Notes: generated by a model from the sequence alone, not told the origin. Positions 26,374 to 41,463 are shown, counted from the stretch's first letter. The stretch: 64,000 nucleotides of DNA from Heterodontus francisci (GCF_036365525.1 NC_090377.1:77547198-77611197), one strand, 5' to 3'. Numbers and translations are program-made.

Positions 26374-27884
26374 AATTTTCTATTCGATTAGCTGTATTTC
26401 AGCCTGGAGGACTGACCTCTAAACCCTTGACCTTTTGGACTCAATCCTACCCTTCGCCTTTTCTATGTGTTTTAACACAGACACCATCTAGTTAAAGCCG
26501 TTTGAAATAGGTTCTCACGTATGAAATACTCCAATTTCTGCAAGGGGTAACTTCTGCATCCATTCTCAGGAGATGTAGATTTTAGTATAATGCACGGTGC
26601 CACTAAACTCCACTCTCCGATTCCCATACCTTTACAAGCCGTTGCCTACACTTTATCTCTGATGATAGAACATAGAAGTTGTTGATTTACTTGGCTGCAA
26701 ACTTTGTTCATTTTCAACTCAATGTGATCCCGCTTCCCTTTCTATGCTGCTTGAATAGAGAAAACGTTCAGAAACACTCCCAGACATTCATCTTCCAACT
26801 TTTGCATTAAGATTCATACTAAATTCTTTCTCCACAAAATGGCCATAACGTACAGTTTTCCCACATTTATTGATATGCTTAAAATACTCGAAATCATGTT
26901 GCAACGGTTGACATTTGTGTCGAAAAATGGTGCATGTTGTTTGTCAAGCTCTATGGTAACATGCATAACAGTAACATTGAAAATGAATATTACAAAACAA
27001 AAGGTTTCGAGATATGCATTTGTAAATAATTCTATTCTCAAACTCCATTGTATCGATATTATGGATACAATCTGCATAATTTCGTCATTATTCATTTTTT
27101 AATTAAAGAAAACACATTTTCGACACAGAGAGGACACAGCAATCTATTGTGTAGGTGTTTTGGTCTGGCCCGTGTTAATGCTAAGTCATAACTCATAACC
27201 ACCTCCAAAAAAATCTACACCGTCCTTTATGAAAGTTGAGTACACAGGAGCTCCCTCTCTTGTTTTACAACTACCCAGGAAAAGTGAAACTAAACGAACT
27301 TTATCAATATTTTCGTAAAACAGTAATCACGCGAAACTGAGATACAATGTATGCGACAAAATAAGTAATAATTAATAAGGGCATGTGTTGTCTTTTCTAA
27401 CATACAATCTAAATTACATGAGCATATATATGGTAAATGAGGCTGTAAGCAGTATATGACTTTGACTTTTGTGCAACACCTATCTCCTTGAAAAGCAGCC
27501 TACTTTTAACCACAGTTACCACCAAGGTCAATTGATATCGTCTCATATTCATTTAGCCATGCAATTTATCAATATTTAACCTATCCAGCCACAGATATTA
27601 TTGTAGGCACTGGTTACAATTTATAATTCAAATGTTCTAAATTCAGAAGCTTAATTATTTTCAAGTTCTTTCACCATATAATTTGTCATAAAATATCGAG
27701 TGCGCAAAGATGGGAAGCACAGAACATAAAAGTCAACAACATCATGATTTCTGAACTGTTATATCATTCAAAATTCATAACGTCACATATGATATCAATC
27801 ACAATCAATCAACCTGCATATTTATATCTATTCACGTACAGCACTGCTCCCACGACCACATAAACCCAATCTAGCTGTGTGCTG

Positions 27885-28112
27885 CTTGTATGCATATATG
27901 TTTTTTTTCTATGCATGCATATGTTTTTGCATGTTTGCATATATGTGCATATGCATGCGTGCATGTGTACAAGTATGGATGTGCTTGTATATTTGTTTAG
28001 ATGTATGTATGAATGTATATTTACATAGATGTGTATGCAATAATGCACATGTGTATTTACTGTACACACATGTATTTATGTCTATGTGCGTATAAGGGGC
28101 AAATACATGCAT
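27885..28112. repeat. Degenerate alternating purine/pyrimidine (TG/TA/CA) low-complexity tract
   Basis: Runs of tgcatatatg, tgtgcatatg and tgtatgtatg. Confidence 0.8.
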
Positions 28113-30339
28113 AAAATGACCCACCCTTTATTATTTGACTTTCTTAAATATGAAGCAATCCTAATTTTTAGTTTCATTGAACATATCTCAATAAACTTAA
28201 ACTTAAACGAGTAATGCTCACTGCTTTTTTATTGTTGTATATGCACCGCCCCGTTATTTCGCTTCCAGTCTGGGAAGAGGAACAGCTGAAAGGAAGGCAA
28301 AGAGTCAATACGACCATGCCATAGGCTGGTCATTCAAAGTGGGACAAAGCTGATGCAACCCAACGCTACTAAACAGCCATATTTGTTAGTCTTTCCCTTT
28401 AGAATTTTAAAACATATTTACCAACCTAATAATTCTTAAATAATAAAGACTTTTACATTTTATCATTATGTCCAGAAGAGGTGGTAAGATTTTATGTATC
28501 CTTTTATATTTGATTCGGCCACGTGATTTACTAAATAATTAATGCAGTACGTCCCGAAAGAAACACGGCGTCGTCATTAATCGGCCAAGCAAAGGACTCT
28601 ATCACACTTGAAAAGTGAACAGATCCCAAGAATATTATATACAAATGGTCCGCTATCACACTTTGCTGTTGTAGTTCGTTGCCAGAAACTGAAAAATGGA
28701 AGCTTGGTAGGTAAACAATTTTAGTTTTGTTTCTGGTAAGATAGCAAATGAATGTAACTGTCATATATATTTGATGAATAGCGCCCTTTGCTTCTTACTC
28801 TGTGCTACCAGGCGACAATCATAAGTTGTAGTAGGCAGATATACTGACCTTCTATTCGGATTAGCTTTAACATTTTGGAGCAACTATGATAAACTTCAGG
28901 TGCAGAAATTTGTATCGGCTGCATTTTGGAGGTGGGGGTAAACGTTAGTAAGACTGCGATGGGATTATTATTAAGGCGTAGTTGTGTGTCATGAAATGGC
29001 GTAGATTTTACGGTTTAGTTGTGCTTTATTGCAAACAATGCCGGCTGTCATGGCATCTGCTGCCTATTTGTACACAGCGAAATAGAGGCCTGAGCTTATG
29101 TTGAATACCACGAGTCATATATTTTGTTTTCTTTGAGACGTATTGGAAAGTCTGTAAATGAGATTCAACTAGAACAATTGCAGGTACTTACGTCTACAGA
29201 AACTATATTCATGAGCGTTTGGTGCTTTATTTTTTAGTCAATGTTTTGCTTTATTGGATGAAACAAATGTTTCCTTTGAACCTACGGACATTTTCTTTTA
29301 CAGTAAATGAGTTTCTTTCCGAAAGTATCGGTAAAATGATTATCCACAAAACTAGAAGAGTGTGCTTGACTCATTTTTAAAAATGGTAGTGATTGCTACC
29401 CAGAACAAGAACAGACTGTATTTTCACTATTGGTACATTTTATAATGTAATAATCTGACACGATTCTGATTTGCTGAATCTAGGTTAGTACGACAGTAGT
29501 AGGAAACCGTACTATAGTATGACTCACATGTATAGTATAGATAATACAATGCAATAAAGTACAAGCAAGATCTGACTTTTTATTGTTGGCCTTTTTACAG
29601 TGATTTGCAAAAGTTTTATTATTAGGGTAAAGATGAAAAACAAATTGTAAGTATATAATTTAATTTGCAACATTGAACAGTAATGTAAGACCTACTGCAA
29701 AAGAAAGAGGATCCTGCATTTCAAAAGCATCCTAATTGAAGTAACAAAACGTGTAATAGCATTACAAACAAATACATGAACTTAAATAACTGTAAATTAT
29801 TGTGTGGTGTTTTAGTGGTATCCTGGCGGCTCTGTTCCTAAACCCCTTTCCAAAGGTGTAATTAAAGTGTATAAATTACTGTGGTAAATGCAAATGTTTT
29901 TTAAAAGGGATTTTATTAAGTTGATTGGAGATATTTTACAATATGAACCTCGGCATTTATTGCTTCCGTTGCTTTTGTCACAGAACACTTCTGGAAATTG
30001 AATTTGTGCTGTCGTCACGTGTGTAAAGTCGACGTTCGTTTCCTTTTTTAATAAATTATGCATTAAAACAATAACCTATTAATTCAGTTATTCGCCGATG
30101 ACAAATGCAGCGCTGTTTTATTGATGACAAAACTGCGGTTGTGGCGCCAAGTTGCTATTTTTCCGACTCTCACTTCAACTCAGTATCATCTACCGTTAAG
30201 TTCTAATCCAGCAAAGAACTCGGCAGATAAGAATCAATGAAAACGCTTTAATTACAAACTTTTTCATTAAATCGAAATAAAGTATTATGTTGTGGGGGTG
30301 GGGATGGGTGGGGGGTGGGAGGGTCAACAATTTCCCACT

Positions 30340-30445
30340 CTGTTGTAAATCACTACTAGTAATTCCTGAAAGGGTGCAAGGCTGCCGAGGCCAAGCGAAG
30401 ATTGTAAATCTCTCCCTTTTATTGCTCTATGAACATATGCTGCGG
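30340..30445. promoter_or_regulatory. Probable conserved non-coding element between Hox4 and Hox3
   Basis: Repeated TTGTAAATC and Cdx/Hox-type TTTTATTG, preceded by a G-run tract. Confidence 0.45.
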
Positions 30446-31939
30446 TCAAAGACGTCTTCGGATCCCCATTTGATTATATTCCCCGTAAAGCCGAGTTCCC
30501 ACAGTGGCAAGCATTAGCACTTAGTTGATTCATCTTAGTCTCCTCATAAAATTATCAACGAAGACATATCTTGCCGTAATAAAATGGTCTATTTACACTT
30601 TTGGGATCGAATACCACAACAGGAATTACTTCGAAGTCGCAAACATGGATGATTTAAACGATATAAAAGATGTATCTTCTTTACAAAATACCATAACAAT
30701 CTTTATGTCCTGAATAATCGTCAGAAGACACACATTACAACTTGCTCAACATAGTTTTTGGGCGAAAGTAATGCTTTAGCTAAACAGTGAGATGCAACTC
30801 TTATTTTCTTTTAAATAATTTATAATGTAGTAATTGCAAAGCAATATTTTTATAACGACCATACAGAGCTACAGAGGGTAAAGTAATTTAGATAAATGTT
30901 GCGTTAAGCCAGCGCTAAGTGCAATAAGGTCATGCATTACTGTCAATAGAAATGTTTTTTATTGCTATTAAATTACAGGCAAATGTTTCAGATATTAAGA
31001 ACAGTTGGAAGTAGCATTTAAAAAAAAAATTAAGCAATTCGACAGAATGTAACCGAAAATTAATTTTCCATAACTAAAAACATTATATTTCAAAACAATT
31101 ACGGAAAAAATACAAAATAAGAACGGAGACAGCATGAACCCATCTCCAACGCCCGGTTTTGTGAGAGATTTGTAGAACTAGAAGTTGCCCCTGGTTCTTG
31201 TGATTTAAATTGCTTCCCCTGAAAGAGAAAGGGGAAATGCCACATCAATTCCTCGTACACACACATCAATTTCACTGCATAAAACTACAGTTAAGAAAGA
31301 TGATTAATTTGCCCTCCTAGAAAAGAGGGGAGATTGAGTTTCACAGAAATCTTATCTGTTGCAGAATTCCATAATTTTAACGGCTCCTCTCAAATTCTAA
31401 GGAAAATAAATAGAAAGTCCTACTCAGTGTCCGGATTTTAATAGGATCGCTCTACAGCATTTAACCCAAACATATGCTTGCTGTAGTTTCAATACAGAAT
31501 TCGTCATTTTATTTTAAGCTTTTGTGTTGGTATTGAGACTAAATGATATATATTGCTTGGAAAATACTTAAATATTTTAAACCGAATTAAGTATGTTATA
31601 TAAGTACGTCGCCTTAATTATACATATTTACAAAATCCGATTCAATGAAAGTAATACTTCTTTTGATTAAATAAATGAGTGCAATAATTAACTCAATACA
31701 CCGGGAGGAATGATGATATCCAATATACAGCCTAGAGGCTATGAAATGGCAATAAAGTACAAATCTATTGTTCAATTTAGTAAACGTAGTACTGTTCTGA
31801 GAGACGCTTCCTCACATTGCCTTTTCAAGTACAGCACAGAATATTTAATTTGCACTCAGCTCTCTATTAGTGTTAATGTAAGAAGTGACTCAAAGCATCA
31901 AACAATCCATATTAAATAGATGTTAGTGAGGTAGCGCTG

Positions 31940-32380
31940 GCTCAACTTACTGGCTCAATCAGAACAATCTGGCAACACAGATCACGTGAACAAATATGCC
32001 TGTATCTTACGGCAGCGCCTATATTTTCTGATTATAAAAGGTATCCGTTGCAGTATAAAATTCATAAATTGCAACTTTTTAAAGGAATACCTACCGGTTT
32101 ATAATTGCCATTTCCTCTTTGGATACTCGATTCTAAAGTCTTGGTTTAGATTCAAAAGCTAAAGCATCTCTGTACGCCGTTTTTATTGGTAGTTGTCCCT
32201 GAGACTGAAGCCATTTCTATCGGGAATACCGTCTGCATTTCGTATCGAAATGTCTGTAAAACCACAAGATCTGGTTTAAGACAGCATTGTCTGCAGAAAA
32301 ACGGCAGAGGATAATATTCGCAGCTGCAGGCTAAGAGACTGAGTTTGAGAAGCATAGATTTATGATAAATTGACACACAG
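31940..32380 (+). promoter_or_regulatory. HoxD3 upstream promoter and non-coding first exon
   Basis: ATCACGTGAACAAATATGC (E-box 31983-31988), GGCAGCGCCT and TATAAAA at 32033-32039, followed by a strong donor CAG|GTAAGC at 32380/32381. Confidence 0.65.
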
Positions 32381-35300
32381 GTAAGCAATCGTATGATAAA
32401 ATGCAACCTTTAGTAGTCGGTTTGCATAATGCCTTCAGCAAGAGGGCATATTATTCATGCCAAATTGCATGAAATTCTGATACAAACTAGTGTATTGTTT
32501 CCATTTCAGTAGCAGATCAGAAAAATGATTTTGTAGCAAAGAATGGCGATTTATAAAAAAAAAATTGCTGTTTCACGAAAGTGCGCAATTTGAGAAAGGT
32601 TACATTGGACAAACCAGAGCAGTCCCAGATTTGTCTTGTGGCTGCATTTTAGCTGATTCTGCAGTTTTATGTAAAAGGAAAACGAAATAAAAAGGCATAG
32701 AAACCCAGGGAACTTTTCAAACTGTCACTAGCAAACTTAGATCGTAAATCACATTAATTTGTTGTCTCTAGCTTATCGTCAGGCTGCAGTCTTCTTTGAT
32801 TTATGCGCTTCAGAAATATATTGCAGGCTAAAGTTATTGCAGCAGGCTGTATAAATTATTTCTCAATTAATGTATTGTCGTTCAAGGAAAACAATTTGTG
32901 AATTTCTAGGAACTCAGTATATCTGTATTTTTAAATGTGATAAATATAAAATATCGAATAATATTTTAACTCAAAACAATCATGTCAGAAGATAATCCCT
33001 GTAATAGATTGAGTTCATTTTTTTTGTAGTTATGCACTTCATTGTTAACTAGTTTGGGTAGATCCTAAAAAAACTAAGTTATCCTGTTTCAATCCTATTT
33101 CCTGGTGTCCAGGTGACCGTTTCAGTGGAATTTTAATTTTAAATGATAACTTGTTTTTTTCTCTTCCTGTTCTAGAAAGGCGTTCAATTACTTTTATTAA
33201 CTGCTAGCAAGCATGCAGCTGTATTACTTTTCAATTTTAAAACACAACTAATTATAATTCCCACTTTTAGATATAATATCTTAATGTTATTTTAATTAAC
33301 GTTATCTAAGATGTTGGTCTGACGATGGTCTAAGGTAGGATCGGGAGCGTGATTGAAGTTGCTTCTTTTGGAATTTCCATATTTAAAGTTAATATAACAA
33401 CAGTATTATACGCTGCATTTTTAATATTAATAATGGAGAAAGTTTCATTTTTTTTCTTAATGAAAACGTATATATATAAATTGTCCAAATCCATGTGCCT
33501 TTGTATGTAGATTTGGACATTTTCTCAATGTCCGCAGGTATAAAAGTTGTTTCCCAGTGTGCGTACGTGCTTTGCTCGGTAAAAAAAACTTTTGAGTCGA
33601 ACATTTTTCATTGCTGCATGCCTTGAAGCTGCTGGGCTGCCATGTTAGTCAGCTGAATCCAATTACTGTGAGTAGCATTTCATTTTGCTCGATGGGGCCA
33701 CTCACTTAAAACTTCACCTAAAATTTCAATAAACCTCTTTACAGCTCACGTCATGGTAACTATCAACATTTGCTTGATAGTGTGGCTTTAAAACTTTTCA
33801 TTTCTGAATAAAGTCAAAACTTTTCAGGCACCACGTACAGTAACCGCCTTGGATTTATAGACAGACTGTGCTCCGTTATGTGTTGGTAGACACGCAAACA
33901 CGCAAATAGACACGTAATAAACACGCAATCTTTCTCAAGTTTTTCTACCAAATCAGTTTAGCAATTTAGGAAGGTGAAAAAAAAGTTTTCAAAACTTTTC
34001 GACTATTCATTTCGCTAACGCTAGTTACATGGATAGTCTGCTTATACGTTCTAGGGTCATGCTATGAGGGCTCCCTTACACTGCTGCGAAATTAATAAGC
34101 AAGATGTTTAAAAACTTACCGTCCAGATCATAGCTGAGCACACTTAAGTTATTAATAACTGCTTGAAAGCAATCAAGTGTTTAAAGCTTGTCGACTGTAC
34201 TCGCTTTCCTTGGTAAGTAGCGTCTTTACCCTGCAAATACTTAACTTACTTCCAATGATTACTGAGAAATAAAAGCTTTTAAATTGACGTATGGCCACGT
34301 GAATACATTGCACACATTATGGTGGGAGGCATTGGACCGAGGACGCGATGCCTTGCCGACTGTGATTTGGATCCTCTTCTAACTTCAAATTATATCGACA
34401 CAAGTTGGTGATACTAGTTTGTAAAGTGCTGCGTCTTAGTGGGATTAAAGAGGGATAGAAAAGCTATGGTGAAGTTGTGTGATGGGCTGTATTGTGAGGC
34501 AGTGGAGGCGCTTCCGTTGGTTGTTCATTAAGTGGTGAGTTATTGCTGTACAAGCCAAAGGTCATTTCAAAGGCTTATGACTCTTACATATTGTCAGTTA
34601 ATGACGGCGACTTCTTTGTACATCTGATCTGCCACAGTTGCTGCTTTTCTTAAATGTATTTTCAAATTTAAGCATGTGCTTTGAATTGATATAAAATTCA
34701 CTAAGATACAATTCCTGCACGACTTTAGCTTCTTTGCACCTTCCATCCGCCTCTTGCACATTGATCTGGAGTTTGGAGCCTGTTTGGAGACTCCAACGGT
34801 GCTGTATTATTGCATTTTAGTAACCAAGTAGTTTATTGCGCGCATTATGATCATGCCTAATCGATATAACATAATACGCGATGTTTGGTATCCCAATGAC
34901 AAAGCATAACCGCCTGTCAATATAATACATTATTCATGAGTTTTATATATGGCGCCAGGCTCTTTCTTGCAAACCTCCATATTTGTATTGTTATGTTAGC
35001 TTGCCATAAAATATTCGACAACGGTGGTAATTTTTCCTTATATACTTAAACATCAACGAGAAAAGAATATTTTTGAAGTGAATAATGTTAATACTGCTAG
35101 TTTACAAATAGTGGTTTAGAAGCAGGTTTGAGGAAACCAAAATATAAAATTGTGAATCTTATTTAATGCTCCATCCAGGCCTAGCTTCCATTAAAAGGCC
35201 ACCACAGAACGATCTGTTTTCCTACCAAATGCAGTAGGCCCCAAAATATTAAGCTCATTGGGTAATAAGCCCACCCTGGAGGCACATTTCTGGTACTATT

Positions 35301-38300
35301 AATACGAGTTCCGATATGAAATGTTCGATGCTATTAATAGATTTATGTTTCCGCAATAACAATTTGAATTATGAAAATCGCTTGAAATAAATGATTTGTT
35401 ATTATGTATTCAAGTTACCGGGAGTCATTCTTTGTTAAATATTTCAAAAAATCCAAATTACCTATCCTTATCTTTACCGACTTTAGATCTATTTAACCCG
35501 TTGTTTTTTAAAAATTCACTGACAAAGCAGCTCGTCTCATTAATCATAAAAATGCTATTTCGTAACATTGAATTTCTAGTTTCTGGATGAAAGAAAGTGA
35601 TGCCTATTTTTCTTTCTTTTTAAAAAGAAATAGTCAAATAACATAGTTATTGAATTAAAGCTCACAAGGAAACATTGTTTTTGTCACACATTTTTATGTA
35701 AATAATACAAGTACATTGTGCAAGAACAAAAATAGATCTGCAGGGCCTGTTGCAAGTTCTTTTCCTCTCTTTGTTTGATAGCAGGCAGCAAGATGACCTA
35801 AAACAAATAGGATATGGAGAAACAGTATTAGTGTATTTGAAAGTATTTAATTACATTTTCTGCTTTCAGAAGAACAAAGCCAGCGGCCTCTGGTCAATCC
35901 GGACAGATTCCAAATCCAATACAACAAAACGCAGATAGGAAAATTGCGTGTGGTGAGTTGTTTTACTTTTCACTCCTTTTCGCTTTCAGCAGTGTTGGAT
36001 TTGGTATTCCGTTGGAATCTGTGAGGTGAATAAGTAACTGAGATTTATCCATGGGGAATTATTAGTTCAAGGTCTTATATCTTAACCACCGGAACAGCAG
36101 GAATTTGAACAGGCGGGGACGTGATCCTTGGTTTCTTCATTTGGAGCTATTCTCGTGCTATCAGGCTGCGGATTTGCTTCTATGCGAGAACCATTACCGA
36201 TAATCGGTAATTCTGATAACTTGGTTTGCATCACGTTAACGCGCGTCTGGTTTGCAGATCACAGAGGCCTTCACAAGAACCAAGACAATTGAAAATGGGA
36301 GAAAATGCAATTTTAGTTAAACTATTCACTACATGGCAACTCTTAATGCACAGAATAAGATATGTTTATAGTCAAAATGTTACTCTGTGTGCGTTTCGTT
36401 AAATCTAGAAGGGGGTAACATTTATGAAGCATTAAAAATGATTCCTTCGAATTGTAATATTTCCTTCAGCTACTTTTACTTCAGTTTTACAAACGTTATC
36501 CTTAAATCTTTCTCGCTCAGTTTCAACTTGATATATTTTTTCCAGCTCTTTTTTCTTTTGCAACTCACATCACGCTTACACAAGAGACCAACACATTTGC
36601 TCGTATCAAATACCTAGTTTGTAATTTAACTGGGTTATACACTGGCGTCACATTTCTGGACAAACCAGAAGGTTTGTGAATTGGAGACAGGAACTGCACA
36701 ATTCATGCAACTTTTATAGTCTACAGTGAGCTTGTCTATACCACTTACTCTATATAGAATAAAGTAATTGCATTAACAGTAATTTAAAAGCTGCATCCTG
36801 GTAAATATTGGTTTTATGTCAGGATCCTGCCGCCTTTTTCTGCAAACATGGATTATTTTTCCAGAGACATCGGGAAAATGAGGGAGAAGGCAAATCATTC
36901 CAATTTAAAACAGCATTCTTGGATGTCTATAATTTAAGAACCAGTCGCAGATCTGGAAGAGATTGGTCCAAGCTGAAATATGAACAGATGTGCATATCCA
37001 ACCAGCCCTTGTCAGAACTGATCCGTAAAGTATAAACATAATTAACTTGCTATGTCCTAACAATAATCTGCTTCCTCTGGACAGCGAAAGCTGAAGGCAG
37101 CAAATATTGTGTAGGATTTTAAAAAACAAAATATATGATTACGCAAGGTCTGAAAATTTGTAGAATTAGTTACAGTTTAAAATAACTAAGCATGCATTAC
37201 TAATAACATTACATTGAACACGCCTGCCAGACACCAAGTGGAATAAAAAGCCCTTTTTTCATTTGTTCCCCTTTTTCTCCCGACTTCATACCTGAAATCA
37301 AAACTTTGATTTCAAATTTGGCTCCCAACTGACGTTTATCAAAGACATTTTCAGTTCCTCCCGCTCGAGCCATGCGCTTCTGCTAGATGTGAAAAGCTTG
37401 TTGTCTGAAACGTATTTCAAATTGTCTGGCAACTTTCAATGACTTATATAAAATTCTGCAAGAGCTAGCGAAACGCCTCGTAGATAAGAAACTTGCGGAG
37501 TATGGGCATTCTTTTTCTGGTCTTTCCTCCTACGCTATAGCTGCTTTACACTTCTGAAGATAGCAAGTCTTTGGAAAGTGTTTTTCTTTTCATTCTGTAG
37601 TGAAGCGTTTACGACCACAGCACTAGCAGTCATAAATTTTGCGTAACACACAATGACAGGTGCATTGATATGCACTGTGAGGGTTCTAGCTTCTTAACAA
37701 CAACGAACTGCCCACCTTTATGGCTTTTAAATTCATAGGCTACTCTGCTAATATTAAGCTGAAAAATAAAAGAAAACGGAAAGCAATTATTTGCTTAATA
37801 ATTAGATGATAGAAACTGCCTTTCAGCGGTCTGGCCTTGGATAAATAAAAATGCAAGTGAGATAAAATAGTGGGCCATAACACAATAAATCGGAAAAATA
37901 TGACGAATGATGTAGCTTTACTATTTTCTTGTGTCTGTGTTAAAGTAGTTTAACTTTTGTAACACCGCTCTATACACGATGCTTGAAATCTGCGACAATG
38001 GAAAATGGAAATTTAACTCGTTGACTTCAATCCTTTCATGGTGAATGTCGGTCTTCCAGTTTTCGCTAGTGTTGCAGTAAGACTTGCCATTTATGTTGAC
38101 CAAAAGTACTTAATAATCCGTTACTTTATTTTTCGCCATGCACTCCGCGATTACAGATAATGTATTCGGAAACGCACCAAAAAAAATGGTGATGGCCCAT
38201 AAGAAGGTGTTACTTATCAAATCTTTGTATTAGGTGATGCACCCTTGCATTTAGAAAACATGTAAGGTAAGAAAGATCTGAAAGATGAACGCTGAAACAG

Positions 38301-38343
38301 TTGACCATTGTCCAAATGATTTATGGCCCATGGCTGCGATTTA

Positions 38344-38360
38344 GGTTCAAGCAGAGTTCA
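38344..38360 (+). promoter_or_regulatory. DR5 RARE upstream of the HoxD3 coding exon
   Basis: GGTTCA agcag AGTTCA, a perfect DR5, with a Pbx-Hox site TGATTTATGG at 38317-38326. Confidence 0.87.
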
Positions 38361-40475
38361 CAAGCAGTTGCTGTTTCTGAACCAGATCTGCTATTTCACC
38401 ACAGCCTTTTCACAATACCTTAATATTAATGTTAGTTTTGATATTCTGAAGATAACGCCTTGAAATCCACTACAAACGAGGAGGCTGGCTGCAGTGGCGT
38501 AGGTTCAGATCCCATGGCTGTAAATAATACTGCGTTACTTTCTTATCTCTTACACATAAGGCAGATTAGATGGGGAGAGAGGGTGGGGGTGAACAGAAAT
38601 GTAATTAAATTTCAGATAAATAGCCAAGCAAAGGGCAGCAATATAATGCCAAATTTATTAAACTAAAATGGCATGGAAAGGGGAGGTGAAAGCTGAATAA
38701 CAGAAGAAAACAGAATATACCGAAACACATAGAAACAAGCAACATAGAGCAGGAAAGCAAAACACTGAATGGCATTTTTTTTCCTTAAAGGAACGGCTGA
38801 GATGTGCACGTGTGCCTGACTGCAACTTTGGAGGCCGCAGATCATAAACCTCATATTTCATTATAATGTCAGGTCTTGTATGGCTGAAGGCTTTTTCTAA
38901 ATGAATAGAAAATCTATTTGTGACGTGATATAGTAGCCAGATAAGTCATACGTCCAATGGTTGTGAAGGTTTATACAGCGATATGTTTTATTTAAATGGT
39001 TTTGAAGACTAGGCATTATACTTAAAACTTAAAACCTGGCCAATCATTTTTGTGTAACGTTTCAAATATATTTCACAGTGATTTGTTTTAATGCGCGTTT
39101 TGATCATTTAGTTCCAGACACAGCTATAACCTCCTAGCTTAACAAATAGCTTCTGCCAACCTACCTCCGAAAACAAGATACCATGCTTCAATCAAAAAGC
39201 TTTGGCTTTATTACTGGGGCCCCCAATTCATGCAGACATCGACTTGTTGTGAAGTCTCCTCACTATGTTAGATACATACTTATAAAAAGTCTGGCCGGTC
39301 GAGAGATTGCGAGAAATAAAATAACTTTACTAATTTACGAATACATTCGCAAATAACTAAGGGATTTTTAGAAGGTGTTAGGGTCGAAAAAGCTGTAGAT
39401 AGTATATAAATATATCTATATAGAAATATACTGTAAAATATGATTTTTTAAATCGTTTAATGTAATATAGTGCATTTAAACAGCTATCGTTACAGTTACA
39501 TTAGTCTGATCTCAATTGTCTCAAATCGATTCAAATATTATGAACGCTTATTGACTTATAGAAAGGTTGACGGTTAGTAAAGGCTAAACAAGCGTTCATT
39601 TGTTTTTTTTTGTTGCAGTTTAGGTTAGTGCGATGATTTTATTTCATTATCCATCGTCTAAAATGATAATCCTATCCAGTATTATGTATTATTTTGCAGA
39701 CAGCTACATAAACTAAAGCCGATGTAAGCAGCAGAATGCAGATGTAAAATGCTGACTTGCTTATTTCTCTGTTTTAATTAGAACAAAGAGATTGAATCGG
39801 TGCTAGTTATACTTTAACTGCTCTGCCTGCCCTCTGTCATAAAGCAGAAAGATGTAACAGAAAGCAGCACATTCGCTTCACACAAACCTCTCTTACGTTG
39901 AAGAAAAAGAAACCAACAATGGCAAGGGAACACTTCGCTGGTTTTTCAGCTTTTGGAACTGGTCCGATCCATCATGTCCTGTGTAACACTGTCTAGGTCA
40001 CAGAATAAAACAGTCTGTACCCACAGCAAATGCTGCAGGCAAATAAGTCGCCTGTGACTATGGTATTTTCGCTCTTTTTAAGAGAGGCCTTTTTGTTTCT
40101 CACCATTATAAAAATGGCCTCAATCAGTGAAGCCATCTGGAATAGCACTGTGTGTCCCACCAAAGTCCACTTATATCAAGCATGACTGGGACATATTTAG
40201 CGTTCTTTGACTTGCATTGCTTTGAGTCTATAGAATAATAAAGCCATAGTACAAAATTGGTTGTTTTCCATATGATGTGAAATATTTCGGATGATGGAAT
40301 TCATTGCATAACGGCCTGTTATATAATTATTTCTTGTTACAAATAAAATAGTACATTTATAAAAGAATCATAGTTTGTAGTAGGTATTAAAAGGTAAGTA
40401 TTGCATTGTGTAATGAAATACTAATGAATCGCCATCGAAGTGGAACGCAATAGCAATAATTTATACATCAGTGTA

Positions 40476-40581
40476 TAGTGTAGGGTTAGTATAAATGGGT
40501 GGTCGATGGTCGGCACAGACTCGGTGGGCCGAAGGGCCTGTTTCAGTGCTGTATCTCTAAATAAATAAATAAATAAATAAA
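40476..40581 (+). mobile_element. 5'-truncated shark SINE (HE1-like) 3' end with (TAAA)n tail
   Basis: GGTCGGCACAGACTCGGTGGGCCGAAGGGCCTGTTTCAGTGCTGTATCTCTAAATAAA is the reverse complement of the start of the copy at 62524-62800. Confidence 0.85.
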
Positions 40582-40979
40582 TCATTTGAACTATATATAT
40601 TTTCTCCAGATTTTGAAAATAGTCACTTCAAGAGCTGAGTTTACAAATTGAAGCTAATTCCTCGGAACTTAGGAAAGCGCCAACACTTAAATGTCTTTCA
40701 AAATCATAAAAGTCTTCCAGAATTTGTCAAATAATACATTTAACATTTCAGCAAATTATTAATTATCTCGTAAAATACGAATTCTTAGACTTGGAGAAGA
40801 AGAAACAGATTCTGCTAACGGATGTAATATGGCATTCTATTTATCGGATGCCGTTTTATGCTTCACACGCTTAATTATGAGTTCCTAATGTTTCACCATT
40901 ATTGTCTTTTGCCTCATAACCTCAAGGATTGCTGCAGACTTGTGATTGGCGTAACAGTGCCACGTGATCGAAGGTGTCA

Positions 40980-41463
40980 ATGCTATTCGATAAGGGTGTC
41001 AAGACCCTATCATTTCGAAATAGCGAGATGCAAAAAGCGACTTACTACGATAACTCCGGAATATTCGGCGGTTATTCCTACCAAAAGACCAACGCATACA
41101 GCTACAGCTCGAGCCACCAGGCCTACCCGCCTACGTCTGTTGAAAATGATTATCAAAGCTCGACGTGCCCCATTCAGACATCTAGTGTCAGAGCCCCAAA
41201 CCATAAGCCCACCGATATAAATGGCAACTGTATGAGAACAAGTGGCAGTCAGGGCAGTGCCCAGCCCCCAAGCATCAATGAGCCACAGCAGCCACCTCCT
41301 TTACCATCCTCACCCAATGCAAGCAACACCTCAACACAGAAAAGAACCAAGTCCATTCCAAATTCTTCCGCCAGCCCAGCTGCTACTCTCACCAAGCAAA
41401 TCTTTCCATGGATGAAAGAGTCTCGTCAAAATGCCAAGCAGAAAAACAACTGCACAGTTGCAG
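40980..41463 (+). CDS. hoxd3: Homeobox protein HoxD3, coding exon 1
   Basis: [24 protein letters not shown]; the 16-aa extension resembles that of HOXD3, and the second ATG is at 41028. Hexapeptide [11 protein letters not shown]. Donor GCAG|GTATCC. Confidence 0.92.

Noticed and set aside
27809-28124. His/Cys/Met/Tyr-rich ORFs
   Set aside because: Artefacts of the alternating purine/pyrimidine low-complexity tract.
33150-33340. Strong acceptor at 33175 with a possible donor near 33334
   Set aside because: It could be a HoxD3 leader exon, but there is no other support.
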